Source: Candidatus Latescibacterota bacterium (GTDB lineage Bacteria; Latescibacterota; UBA2968; UBA8231). From it: DNA of 64,000 nucleotides. Within the stretch, counting starts at the first letter, position 1; every line of letters begins with the position of its first letter. The stretch covers positions 3,392,001 to 3,456,000 of the forward strand of contig CBDETK010000013.1 of the NCBI GenBank assembly GCA_965242865.1, in the 5' to 3' direction. Shown in pieces: positions 1-9,334 of this stretch. The notes under the pieces were generated by a model that was given only the letters and a program-made list of their open reading frames with translations, did no database searches and was not told where the DNA came from. The translations under genes were made by a program, and so were the position numbers.

Positions 1-526
1 CTTGGGCCAGCAGCTGGCCGAGCTGGATCTGGTGTGGTTTGAAGAGCCGGTCAACGCCCAAGACTTGGACGCCTATTTAGAAGTCAAAGCCGCGCTGCCC
101 ATGGCCATTGCCGGCGGCGAAAACCTCCGCACCCGCTACGAATTCAAGCCCTACCTGACGCGCCGCGCCTACGACATTGTCCAGCCCGACGTCATGCACT
201 GTGGCGGCATCACCGAAATGCAGCGGATATGCGCCATGGCCAACGCCTGCGGCATTCAGGTCAATCCCCACGTCTGGGGATCACCCGTTATGATCGCTGC
301 GACGCTGCACGTGGCCGCTACCTTGCCGCCCTGCCCCCCAGCGCACAACGCCCAGCCCTATTTGCAGGAGCCGGTGATGGAGTTCGACCGGACGCCGAAT
401 GCCATTCGCCAAACGATCTGCGCGGTGCCGTTTGATCACGAGGATGGGTTTGTGCGCGTACCGACCGGGCCGGGGTTGGGGATTGAGGTGGATGAAGGGG
501 TCGTCGAGCGGCTGAGGCGAGGTTAG
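1..526 (+). CDS. Mandelate racemase/muconate lactonizing enzyme (enolase superfamily), 5'-partial
   Basis: WFEEP, AGGE and QPD metal-ligand motifs and C-terminal PTGPGLGIEVD; frame is open from the window edge. Confidence 0.9.
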   Translation, partial: LGQQLAELDLVWFEEPVNAQDLDAYLEVKAALPMAIAGGENLRTRYEFKPYLTRRAYDIVQPDVMHCGGITEMQRICAMANACGIQVNPHVWGSPVMIAATLHVAATLPPCPPAHNAQPYLQEPVMEFDRTPNAIRQTICAVPFDHEDGFVRVPTGPGLGIEVDEGVVERLRRG

Positions 527-529
527 GTC

Positions 530-1717
530 ATGGTATTCTCAAGAGTATTCAGTGCGGCTTTGGCTGCGGCCCTTCTAGTCGCGCAGGGCGAACCTGCCGC
601 AGCAACTCCTGAAAGCAGGGCGGCGGCCCTGTTCCTGCTGGTTTCCCCGTCGGCGCGCGTCAACGGGATGGGGCAGGCGGGCGTCGCTCTCTGGGACGAG
701 CCAGCCGGTTACTACAATCCCGGTGCGGCAGCCCTCGCGTCGCCGGCACACACGTTACAGAGCCGCTTCTACCTGAACGCGATGCCGTGGCTTCCGGCGT
801 TGTCTGGTGATATGAGCTACAATTACTTTGCCGGTCAGGCCGCAGTTGAGCGGGTTCTCGACGGGGGGAGGCTTAGGGCAGCATTTTACGGATACCGCAC
901 GAAGCTGAATCTCGGAAAACAAGCCCGTACCGATGAACTGGGCTCTTTCACCAGCGCAGAGTCATCTAACAATCTCGGCGTCAGCTTGGCGTGGAGATCG
1001 GTCGTGGAGATCGGCGTCGGCTACACAACCAAGTGGATTTCGTCCGACCTTGCTGGGGCCGGTCTTGATAGAGGAGAAGCGTGGGGAACCGCCCGAGCAT
1101 ACGACTTTGGTCTCATGGCGGTAGTACCGATGGTTGGAGTCTTGGAGTGCCTTACCGGCAGGGAGCTTACCCTGCGTCAACACCTCCGGCCAAAGCTCGA
1201 CATCGGGATCGGCGTCGCGTGGCAGAACCGTGGCGGTGAAACCATTGCCTATATTGATGCGAGCCAAGCGGATCCTCTACCGGCGAACAGGCGGCACGGA
1301 TGGTCGGGCAGCTTGGGGATGGACTGGCACTCTGACTCCCTCAATCTCGCTATCGGCAGAGTGACATTTTCCACGGAGACGTACCGTCCCCAGATAGAGG
1401 GCGTCCATATCACGAGCCGTGCTGAGGACGACAAGAGCGGGATTGAGATTTCGATTCTGGAAACGGTCTCTATTCGGCGAGGGACGTACGACGACTTTGA
1501 TGGCGACGTTCGTCTGAAAACCTCGGGATGGACCGTTAAGTCCGATGGCCTCTTCAAGTTTCTTGCCTACGACAGTACTCCTTCCAGTTCTGCCGGCGAC
1601 GCACTCCAATTTCTTGCCAAACACCTGTCGATCCGTTGGTCCCGGTTCGACTACGGTGACAGAGGTTCGTCGGTGTTTCGCGGCGTCGGCCACTCCTTTA
1701 TCGGCTTGTCGTTTTGA
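530..1717 (+). CDS. PorV/PorQ-family outer-membrane beta-barrel protein
   Basis: Signal peptide, then FLLVSPSARVNGMGQAGVA..YYNPGA (PorV/FadL-like N-terminal motif); C-terminal aromatic residue (IGLSF). Confidence 0.75.
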   Translation: MVFSRVFSAALAAALLVAQGEPAAATPESRAAALFLLVSPSARVNGMGQAGVALWDEPAGYYNPGAAALASPAHTLQSRFYLNAMPWLPALSGDMSYNYFAGQAAVERVLDGGRLRAAFYGYRTKLNLGKQARTDELGSFTSAESSNNLGVSLAWRSVVEIGVGYTTKWISSDLAGAGLDRGEAWGTARAYDFGLMAVVPMVGVLECLTGRELTLRQHLRPKLDIGIGVAWQNRGGETIAYIDASQADPLPANRRHGWSGSLGMDWHSDSLNLAIGRVTFSTETYRPQIEGVHITSRAEDDKSGIEISILETVSIRRGTYDDFDGDVRLKTSGWTVKSDGLFKFLAYDSTPSSSAGDALQFLAKHLSIRWSRFDYGDRGSSVFRGVGHSFIGLSF

Positions 1718-2090
1718 GTAGCGGATTCTCTGACCGCGCCCTAGATACACGACAGTAAAATCAGTTCATACCGTCGGGCTTGTTTATCGTTCCCAACAGA
1801 AATGCAAATTAGGCTCGACCGCTGAACGCGAGATCGACGACCAAGCAGCACGAACTCGGATCGAGATAGGTCAGGGCCTTGCCCGGGAGGGGAACTTAGA
1901 TGGTGACACTTTTGCCGTGCTTATGGGTTTAATAAGGGAGCACAACGGCGATGGGAAGTGATGCCGACCTAGGACTCAGGGCGATCTGCTTCCTTCGCTG
2001 AGAACCGTGCAACAGGTGGCGTCAGTTTTGATTCCAGCGTACGCCGACCTGCTGTCAAGCTGTCGATGCAACTTTGAGAAAGGACCTTTA

Positions 2091-3494
2091 ATGCAACTCA
2101 CGACCAAAGATGCTGCGGAGGCACGTGCTGCCAGCCAGTCTGATCTATTGTTTATCTCGTTAGATTGGTCGCGGCCCAAAGATCTGCGAAGGCCCCTAGC
2201 CATGGCCTCAATAGAAGCCTATTTCATGAAGATTCAAACCGAAAACCTAAAAGCAGAATTTAGAAGTTTTAATTTGAATGCTCCAAGATTCAATATCCAA
2301 GACGTGCTAAAAACCATAGGCGAAACTCGTCCGATGTTTCTCGCACTTGGAGGCTATATTTGGAATGAAAAATATAGTCCAGATGTGATTCGCTGGACCA
2401 AGACCCACCATCCAGAGACAGCAATTATTATGGGAGGCCCCCAAGTCACTTATGGCGATCACAGCATGGCGATGGAATACCCCGGAGTGGATTATTTTAT
2501 CAGAGGAGAAGGAGAGGTCCCTTTCACGGAATTGATCAATGTGTTATTTCGTCATGGGACACCAGATCAGAGTTTTTTGGATAAATACGCGATTTACACG
2601 CCTAAAACCCTCAAGGAGGGAAAGTGCGAGCGCATTTTTACTACCGGCTTGGATGCGTTAGAATCACCTTATTTGAGTCGCGTCCTTCCAATTGAGCAAA
2701 ACCAAGAATTTGTCCGTTGGGAAACACTGCGCCGGTGTCCGTACAGATGTTCTTTCTGCCAGTTTCGTTTGGCAGGACACAAGATGGAGGAAATCAATCG
2801 GGAGCGGCTCTTTCAAGAGCTAGAGTATTTCAAGGCGAAGGAAGTTCGAGAGATTAACGTACTCGACCCGATATTCAATCTCAAGGCGGATCACTACTTA
2901 AACATTTGTAAAAAAATAGCTGAATTAGAGATGGGTGCTCGCTTCTATTTTCAGTGTCGGCTTGAATTGCTCTGTAGTGAGAACGGGCGGCGGTTTTTGG
3001 AGTTTTGTCAGGGCCTCGACGTTTGGCTCGAATTTGGCGTTCAAACTTTTCAAGAAAAAGAGTCCAAGGCCGTAGATCGAGGAAATAATTATACAAAAAT
3101 CAATGAGGCTATTGAACTTTTGCATAGATTCAATATCCCATTCGACCTTCATCTGATCTTTGGATTGCCATTTCAGTCGTTACGCGACTTTCTGGCGAGT
3201 TACGACAAAGCTAGAGCAGCGCAACCCCGGGGTCTCTACGTTTTTCCGCTCAATGTACTCAAGGGTACGCAGCTCTACTGGAAACGCGATGAGTGGGAGT
3301 ATGAATTCGACACTGAAGACAACAACATATTCCTGCAAAGTAAGTGGATGGAAAAGCACGAAGTCGCATACTTAAAAGAGGTCAGCAAAGGCATAAATCA
3401 AAGCTCAAAGCAGTCCCGATGTAACGGGAAATTGCTCCAACTTCCCGATTTGCGGAAAGAACTGGAAGAGCTCCAATATATCGAGGATAGCTGA
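2091..3494 (+). CDS. B12-binding-domain radical SAM protein
   Basis: CPYRCSFC (CxxxCxxC), YIWN, GGPQ, RGEGE, EFGVQT, LIFGLPFQ; ATG at 2091 follows GAAAGGA; lower GC than flanks. Confidence 0.88.
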   Translation: MQLTTKDAAEARAASQSDLLFISLDWSRPKDLRRPLAMASIEAYFMKIQTENLKAEFRSFNLNAPRFNIQDVLKTIGETRPMFLALGGYIWNEKYSPDVIRWTKTHHPETAIIMGGPQVTYGDHSMAMEYPGVDYFIRGEGEVPFTELINVLFRHGTPDQSFLDKYAIYTPKTLKEGKCERIFTTGLDALESPYLSRVLPIEQNQEFVRWETLRRCPYRCSFCQFRLAGHKMEEINRERLFQELEYFKAKEVREINVLDPIFNLKADHYLNICKKIAELEMGARFYFQCRLELLCSENGRRFLEFCQGLDVWLEFGVQTFQEKESKAVDRGNNYTKINEAIELLHRFNIPFDLHLIFGLPFQSLRDFLASYDKARAAQPRGLYVFPLNVLKGTQLYWKRDEWEYEFDTEDNNIFLQSKWMEKHEVAYLKEVSKGINQSSKQSRCNGKLLQLPDLRKELEELQYIEDS

Positions 3495-3497
3495 GTT

Positions 3498-4649
3498 ATG
3501 ACCGATCTTTTTGAGCGAGTGCGCCACGACTTCCCGCGAGCGCGGACCATGGCGTACTTCGACAATGCCTCGTCGCATCCGATCAGTGTGCATTCGGCGG
3601 CGGCCCTGCATCGGTACGTCGATTGGGTCGCGCACGAGGTGGGAGAGCCGTGGTGGCCGGCTTGGGCGCCGCCGCGAGACCAAGCCAGCGCCCTATTTGC
3701 CCGGCTCATCAACGCCGACCCGGGGGAAATCGCCTTTGCCCGCAGCACGGTGGAAGCGGAGAGCAACATCCTCAACGGCTTACGAGATCATCTGGCGGGC
3801 GGCAACGTGGTGACGTCGGACTTGGCCTTCAATTCCTGCCTGTACAACTACAAGTTTCGGGCGCAGCACGGTCTCGATGTGCGGATCGTCAAGAATCGGA
3901 ACTGGCAAATCGACATGGATGCTATGGCCGCCGCGGTCGACGGCAATACCCGGCTGATTTCGGTGGCATTGGTGTCAAACGTCAATGGGTATGTCGCCGA
4001 TGTCGCGGCCCTGAGCAAGCTGGCGCACGACAATGGCGCGTATCTGTATGCCGACATCATGCAGGCCGCCGGCGGCGTTCCGATCGACGTCAAGGCGATG
4101 GGCATTGACTTTGCGGCTTGTTCGACGTTCAAGTGGCTGATGGGCGTAAAGGGGTTCGGATTTTTGTACGTCCGCGCTGATCTACAGATCGATGTGCTCG
4201 ATCCGTCTCAACCTATGGGTGGGGTGCGCCTCAATTATCCCCCTTGGGTAGAAGAGCCTGATGCGGCGAGTGAGGAGATCGCGTTTTCACCGCCGACCGG
4301 AGTTGGGGCCTACGCGGTCAGTTACCCCTCGTACGAAGGCGTCGTGTGTGCCCAAGAGAGCCTGCTGTACATCCTGCGCCTCGGCGTGGACCGAATCCGC
4401 GACCACGCGAGAGACCTGACCAATCGCCTGCAAGAGGAACTGCCCAAGAGGGGGTACAAATCGATCACGCCGAAGGGAAACGAAAGCCCCATTCTCTCGT
4501 TTGTAGCACCACACCCCGAAGCGGTTCTGGCCCGTTGCAGGAGTGCCAATGTTCAGGTGGCGATGCGCTTCGGCAACAAGATGCGTCTCTCCCCCTCGGT
4601 GTACAACAACCACGCGGACATTGACCGCCTCCTCGAAGCTCTGCCTTAG
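3498..4649 (+). CDS. Class V PLP-dependent aminotransferase (cysteine desulfurase/selenocysteine lyase-like)
   Basis: YFDNAS, DIMQAAG, STFKWLMG (PLP lysine), RLSPSVYN. Confidence 0.88.
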   Translation: MTDLFERVRHDFPRARTMAYFDNASSHPISVHSAAALHRYVDWVAHEVGEPWWPAWAPPRDQASALFARLINADPGEIAFARSTVEAESNILNGLRDHLAGGNVVTSDLAFNSCLYNYKFRAQHGLDVRIVKNRNWQIDMDAMAAAVDGNTRLISVALVSNVNGYVADVAALSKLAHDNGAYLYADIMQAAGGVPIDVKAMGIDFAACSTFKWLMGVKGFGFLYVRADLQIDVLDPSQPMGGVRLNYPPWVEEPDAASEEIAFSPPTGVGAYAVSYPSYEGVVCAQESLLYILRLGVDRIRDHARDLTNRLQEELPKRGYKSITPKGNESPILSFVAPHPEAVLARCRSANVQVAMRFGNKMRLSPSVYNNHADIDRLLEALP

Positions 4650-4907
4650 CAGCGGTCTGAAAACCCTGTGATGTATCGCGTATTTGAGTTGGCGCACTCA
4701 TTGAGCCATCTTCAGGTTTCGCTAAAAGATCGGAACAGAAAGGATCGTCTCGTATTAATGAGTACGCCGAGCGGTCAATATGCCACCGATGTAACCGATG
4801 TACAATGGCCGCCGCTCGAACCGTTGCGGCCGGCTCCGATTTAGCGTCCCACCGGTCTGGGTTGGTCGCCGTGCGAACGTCGCCCGATCGTCAATGCAGA
4901 CAGCTTC
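4649..4907 (+). mobile_element. Internally deleted IS5-family element (MITE-like remnant)
   Basis: Imperfect terminal inverted repeats GCAGCGGTCTG (4649) / CAGACAGCTTC (4897-4907), TA on both flanks; from ATG 4758 it reads MSTPSGQYATDVTDVQWPPLEPLRPAPI*, an IS5 transposase N-terminus (YxTDLTDxQW). Confidence 0.7.
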
Positions 4908-4937
4908 TAAGGGGTTCATGGTGTTATCCTTGTTAGA

Positions 4938-4975
4938 TTTGATAGAACAGGGCTATTTTGATAGAACAGGGCTAT
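4938..4975. repeat. 19-bp direct tandem repeat x2 upstream of pgi
   Basis: TTTGATAGAACAGGGCTAT repeated exactly twice. Confidence 0.85.
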
Positions 4976-5040
4976 TATAAACTCGGGCGCGATCTGGAGA
5001 CGATCCTACGCCTACAACTACCAAACCACGCGATCTATAT

Positions 5041-6723
5041 ATGCAAGTTTCCGCCCTTCAGGCCTCGGCCGATTTTGTCGCCCAAGTGCAGCGGGCCAAC
5101 GAGCGTCTAGCGGCCGAGCGCGTCTATGAGCGCATCCTCGCCCGCGATCACACGGTCTGGCGGCCCGACCCAACCGAGATTGCCAATCGGCTCGGATGGC
5201 TCGACAGCCCGCGCGTCATGCGGGACGCCATCGGCCCCATCGGCCAGTTCATCGACGCAGTCCGCGCCGAGGGCTATACCCACGCCCTGCTGCTGGGCAT
5301 GGGCGGCTCTAGCCTCGCGCCGGAAGTTTTCCGTGCGATTTTTGGCGTGGCCGATGGTTTTCTCGACCTCTCAGTGCTCGACAGCACCCAGCCGGCCGCG
5401 GTCTTGGCCAAGGCGCACGCCCTCGACCCAGCCCGCACCCTGTTTCTCCCGGCCACCAAGTCCGGCGGCACCGTAGAGACGCTGTCCTTGCTCAAGTACT
5501 TCTACAACCGCACGACCGACGCCCTCGGACCAGCCCAAGCCGGGCGGCACTTCGCCGCCATCACCGACCCGGGCAGCGGCCTCGAAGCCCTCGCGCACCG
5601 TCTCGGCTTTCGCCACGTCTTTTGCAACGATCCCGACATCGGCGGGCGCTACTCGGCCCTGTCGCACTATGGCTTGGTCGCGGCCGGAGCCATTGGCGCG
5701 GATCTAGGCCGCCTGCTCGACCGGGCCGAACGCGCCAGGGCCAATCCGCAACCGAGCATCCAACTCGGCTCCTTTCTCGGCGCAGGGGCCCTCGCCGGCC
5801 GCGACAAGCTCACCCTCATCGCTTCGCCCGCCGCCCGCCCGCTGGGCGTTTGGATTGAGCAGCTCATCGCCGAGAGCACCGGCAAAGACGGCAAGGGCCT
5901 GCTGCCGGTCGATCTGGAGCCTGAATGTCCAGCCCACGCCTACGGGGCCGACCGGCTCTTCGTCCATCTGCGGTTGGACGCTGGGGCCGATGCCCGCGCC
6001 CAAGCCATAGCCGCGGCCGGGCATCCCCTCTTGTGCCTCCAGCTAGCGGACGCCTACGATCTCGGCGCGGCCTTTTTTTACTGGGAAATGGCCGCGGCCA
6101 TCGCCGGGTTTTTCCTCGGCATCCATCCCTTTGACCAGCCCGATGTCGAGGCGGCCAAGGAACAGGCCCGTCGGATGGTCGCGGCCTATCAGCTACGCGG
6201 CGCGCTGCCCGCACCCGCGCCCGATCTCGTTGATGGCCTCGCGCTATACGGCCCGGTGCAGGGCACCACCCTGCCCGAGGCTTTGACGCACTTTCTGGCG
6301 TACGGCGAGTACATTGCCCTGCAAGCGCATCTCCCGCCGACCCCAGAGACCACCGCCGCCCTCCAAGACGTGCGCCGCCAGCTCCTCGCACGCACCGGCT
6401 TGGCCACCACTCTCGGCTTTGGCCCGCGCTATTTGCACTCGACCGGCCAACTACACAAGGGCGACGCCGGGCGCGGGCTTTTTATCCAGCTAACGGCCGA
6501 CTCGGTCGCGGACGCGCCGATTCCCGACGAAGCGGGGGCCGCGGCCTCTAGCATCACCTTCGGCGTCCTCGCCCAAGCCCAAGCCCTCGGCGACCGCCAA
6601 GCCCTCCTCGACCGAGGGCGGGCCGTGCTCCGCATCCATCTAGGCGCGGACATCGCGGCGGGCATTGCCCAACTGCGCCGCGCCTTACACCCGAACCACG
6701 ACCTCACCGGAGGAGCTCAATGA
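5041..6723 (+). CDS. pgi: Glucose-6-phosphate isomerase (type found in Tal/Pgi fusions)
   Basis: GMGGSSL, TKSGGTVET, GGRYSALS, EQLIAESTGK, PFDQPDVEAAK, GPRYLHSTGQ. Confidence 0.88.
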   Translation: MQVSALQASADFVAQVQRANERLAAERVYERILARDHTVWRPDPTEIANRLGWLDSPRVMRDAIGPIGQFIDAVRAEGYTHALLLGMGGSSLAPEVFRAIFGVADGFLDLSVLDSTQPAAVLAKAHALDPARTLFLPATKSGGTVETLSLLKYFYNRTTDALGPAQAGRHFAAITDPGSGLEALAHRLGFRHVFCNDPDIGGRYSALSHYGLVAAGAIGADLGRLLDRAERARANPQPSIQLGSFLGAGALAGRDKLTLIASPAARPLGVWIEQLIAESTGKDGKGLLPVDLEPECPAHAYGADRLFVHLRLDAGADARAQAIAAAGHPLLCLQLADAYDLGAAFFYWEMAAAIAGFFLGIHPFDQPDVEAAKEQARRMVAAYQLRGALPAPAPDLVDGLALYGPVQGTTLPEALTHFLAYGEYIALQAHLPPTPETTAALQDVRRQLLARTGLATTLGFGPRYLHSTGQLHKGDAGRGLFIQLTADSVADAPIPDEAGAAASSITFGVLAQAQALGDRQALLDRGRAVLRIHLGADIAAGIAQLRRALHPNHDLTGGAQ

Positions 6724-8174
6724 GCCAAGCAGACATCGGCCTAATCGGCCTCGCCGTGATGGGCGAAAACCTCGTCCTCAACATGGCGAGTCGCGGTTTT
6801 ACCGTGGCGGTGTACAACCGCACCACCGCCAAAGTAGATGCCTTTATGGCCGGCCGCGCCCGCGGTAAATCCATCATCGGCACCCACTCGCCAGCCGAAC
6901 TGCTCGCCCAGCTCAAAAAGCCGCGCCGCGTGATGCTGATGGTTCAAGCCGGCCAAGCGGTTGACCGCGTCATCGCCGAACTCGCGCCCCTGCTCAACCG
7001 CGGCGACATCCTCATCGACGGGGGCAACTCCAACTACCAAGACACGGCCCGCCGCACCCAAGCACTGGCGGCCAAGGGCTTGCTCTACGTGGGCACGGGC
7101 GTCTCCGGGGGCGAGGAGGGCGCGCTCAAAGGCCCGAGCATCATGCCCGGGGGCAACCCGGCCGCTTGGCCCCACCTCAAAGACCTGTTCCAAGCCATTG
7201 CCGCCAAAGTCGCCGATGGCAGCCCGTGTTGCGATTGGGTGGGGCTCGACGGCGCCGGTCACTACGTGAAAATGGTCCACAACGGCATCGAGTACGGCGA
7301 CATGCAGATGATCGCCGAAGCCTACGCCTTGATGCGCGAGGCCCTCGGCATTGAGCCGCAGGCACAGAGCGAAATTTTCAAGCGGTGGAACGAGGGCGAG
7401 CTCGACAGTTACCTCATTGAGATCACCGGCGACATCCTCGCCAAGACCGACGACGAGACCGGCCAGCCGATGATCGATGTAATCCTCGACGCGGCTGGCC
7501 AAAAGGGCACTGGTAAGTGGACCGGCATCGACGCCCTACAATTAGGTGCGCCCGTGACTGCCATTACCGAGGCTGTCTTTAGCCGCGCCCTATCCTTCCT
7601 CAAGGACGAGCGCGTAGCGGCCGCCGAGGTCCTCCGCGGCCCCGACGCTTCGTTTGCCGGCGACAAAGACGCTTTTGTCGAAGACATTCGCCGCGCCCTG
7701 TACGCGGCCAAAATTTGCTCCTATGCCCAAGGCTATCAGTTGCTCGCCCTCGCCGCCCGCGAATACGGCTGGGCGCTCAACTACGGAGGCATTGCCTTGC
7801 TGTGGCGCGGCGGCTGCATTATTCGCGCCCAGTTTTTGGGCCGCATCAAGGAAGCCTTTGACGCGGATCCAACGCTGGCCAATCTGCTACTCGCGCCGTA
7901 CTTCCGCGAAGCACTCGCGCACACCCAAGCGTCTTGGCGCAGAGTCGTGGCTACGGCCGCAACCCTCGGCATCCCCGTGCCGACCTTTTCTAGCGCCCTC
8001 GCGTACTACGATGGCTACCGTTCCGCTCGCTTACCTGCCAACCTGCTCCAAGCCCAGCGCGACTACTTTGGTGCCCATACCTATGAGCGCACTGACAAGC
8101 CGCGCGGCGCGTTCTTCCACACCAACTGGACCGGACGCGGCGGAACGACGGCATCCACGGCGTATAACGCCTAG
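6720..8174 (+). CDS. gndA: NADP-dependent 6-phosphogluconate dehydrogenase
   Basis: GLAVMG, KMVHNGIEYGDMQ, QKGTGKWT, QAQRDYFGAHTY. Confidence 0.97.
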   Translation: MSQADIGLIGLAVMGENLVLNMASRGFTVAVYNRTTAKVDAFMAGRARGKSIIGTHSPAELLAQLKKPRRVMLMVQAGQAVDRVIAELAPLLNRGDILIDGGNSNYQDTARRTQALAAKGLLYVGTGVSGGEEGALKGPSIMPGGNPAAWPHLKDLFQAIAAKVADGSPCCDWVGLDGAGHYVKMVHNGIEYGDMQMIAEAYALMREALGIEPQAQSEIFKRWNEGELDSYLIEITGDILAKTDDETGQPMIDVILDAAGQKGTGKWTGIDALQLGAPVTAITEAVFSRALSFLKDERVAAAEVLRGPDASFAGDKDAFVEDIRRALYAAKICSYAQGYQLLALAAREYGWALNYGGIALLWRGGCIIRAQFLGRIKEAFDADPTLANLLLAPYFREALAHTQASWRRVVATAATLGIPVPTFSSALAYYDGYRSARLPANLLQAQRDYFGAHTYERTDKPRGAFFHTNWTGRGGTTASTAYNA

Positions 8175-8303
8175 CGTACAAGCACTTGGAATGTATCGCA
8201 CTCAGCGGCGTTTTTGTGTGCTAGTGCCGATGCGATTTTCTACCTGTTGCACCGTTTTGCGCTGCATAGCAATAGGGCGAAACGCGCCTTTCCATTCCAA
8301 AAA

Positions 8304-8427
8304 AGGACAGGCACGGAGGTCTGTTCGAGGACAGGCACGGAGGTCTGTTCGAGGACAGGCACGGAGGTCTGTTCGAGGACAGGCACGGAGGTCTGTTCGA
8401 GGACAGGCACGGGGGCCTGTCCTCTAC
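8304..8427 (-). repeat. Array of four 24-bp units plus one full GTAG-type REP-like hairpin
   Basis: AGGACAGGCACGGAGGTCTGTTCG x4 (8304-8399); the minus strand then reads GTAGAGGACAGGCCCCCGTGCCTGTCCTC with a 10-bp perfect stem (8399-8408/8415-8424). Confidence 0.85.
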
Positions 8428-8430
8428 GGT

Positions 8431-8532
8431 TATGACGATTACGACGATTGCCCACGTAAATACGATTATGACGATTACGACGATTGCCCACGTAAATACG
8501 ATTATGACGATTATGACGATTGCCCACGTAAA
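8431..8532. repeat. 36-bp tandem repeat, about 2.8 copies, no spacers
   Basis: TATGACGATTACGACGATTGCCCACGTAAATACGAT units start at 8431, 8467 and 8503. Confidence 0.9.
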
Positions 8533-8777
8533 CGGGAATCCGGTTTGCTATACGACATGCCAAACCAACGCGCCTTTTGTGCGGTCAGTCGGCGTAAATG
8601 TCGTTGAGACCCTATCAGCGGGGGGGCTGGCATTTTTTAACCGGCACGGGCCGCTGGATCGGTTGGGCGCGGCGAATTTGTCGCTAGCGTTTTATCGCGC
8701 ATTTGCTAAATACTCGATCTTTTTTTTAATTTGAAAACATTCGCACCTACACTTACTTAAAGGCGAAAGGATATTTC

Positions 8778-9236
8778 ATGCCTAACCTCGCAACCCTTCT
8801 GAAAGAAGAGATCAGCAAACTCGCTCGCAAAGAAGTGCAAGACCAGTTGCGCGCGGTTGAGAAAACCATCAAAGGGCAGGACGCTCGCATTGCCCGCTTG
8901 GAAAAACAAGACGACCAGCCCAAGGCCAAAACCAAGGCCAAGGCCAAAGCCGACAAGCCCGCCAAGAAAGCCGCGGTAGCTGCGGACGCGCCCAAGCAGA
9001 AGTCCAAAACCCGGTTTTCCCCGGCTGCGCTCAAGAACAACCGCAAGCGCCTCAGCCTCTCGCAAGCCGATGTTGGCGTGTTGCTCGGCACCAGCACCAA
9101 CACCGTTTTGCGTTGGGAAGCGGGCTCGTCCAAGCCGCGGGGTGCCAATCTTCCCAAAATTGCCGAACTCAGCAAGTTGGGCAAAAAGGAAGCCAAGCAG
9201 CGGCTAGAGCAACTCAAGGCACAAGCCGACGAATAG
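8778..9236 (+). CDS. XRE-family HTH protein with N-terminal coiled coil and Lys/Ala-rich linker
   Basis: LSLSQADVGVLLGTSTNTVLRWEAGSSKP HTH; KAKTKAKAKADKPAKK linker; SD AAGGA. Confidence 0.85.
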   Translation: MPNLATLLKEEISKLARKEVQDQLRAVEKTIKGQDARIARLEKQDDQPKAKTKAKAKADKPAKKAAVAADAPKQKSKTRFSPAALKNNRKRLSLSQADVGVLLGTSTNTVLRWEAGSSKPRGANLPKIAELSKLGKKEAKQRLEQLKAQADE

Positions 9237-9334
9237 CCGCGTCCACAATTGGGCGGTACAATAAAACCCTGGTCGAGCGACATTTGTCGTGCCGACTAGG
9301 GTTTTATTTTGCCTCAATCGCAATTCCCACCAAT

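Noticed and set aside
8304-8532. Possible CRISPR array (24- and 36-bp repeats)
   Set aside because: Units are directly adjacent with no unique spacers, and there are no cas genes
7654-8734. ORFs 7654-8607, 8240-8563 and 8432-8734 with repeated peptides
   Set aside because: They overlap gnd or just translate the tandem DNA repeats; no RBS or family motif
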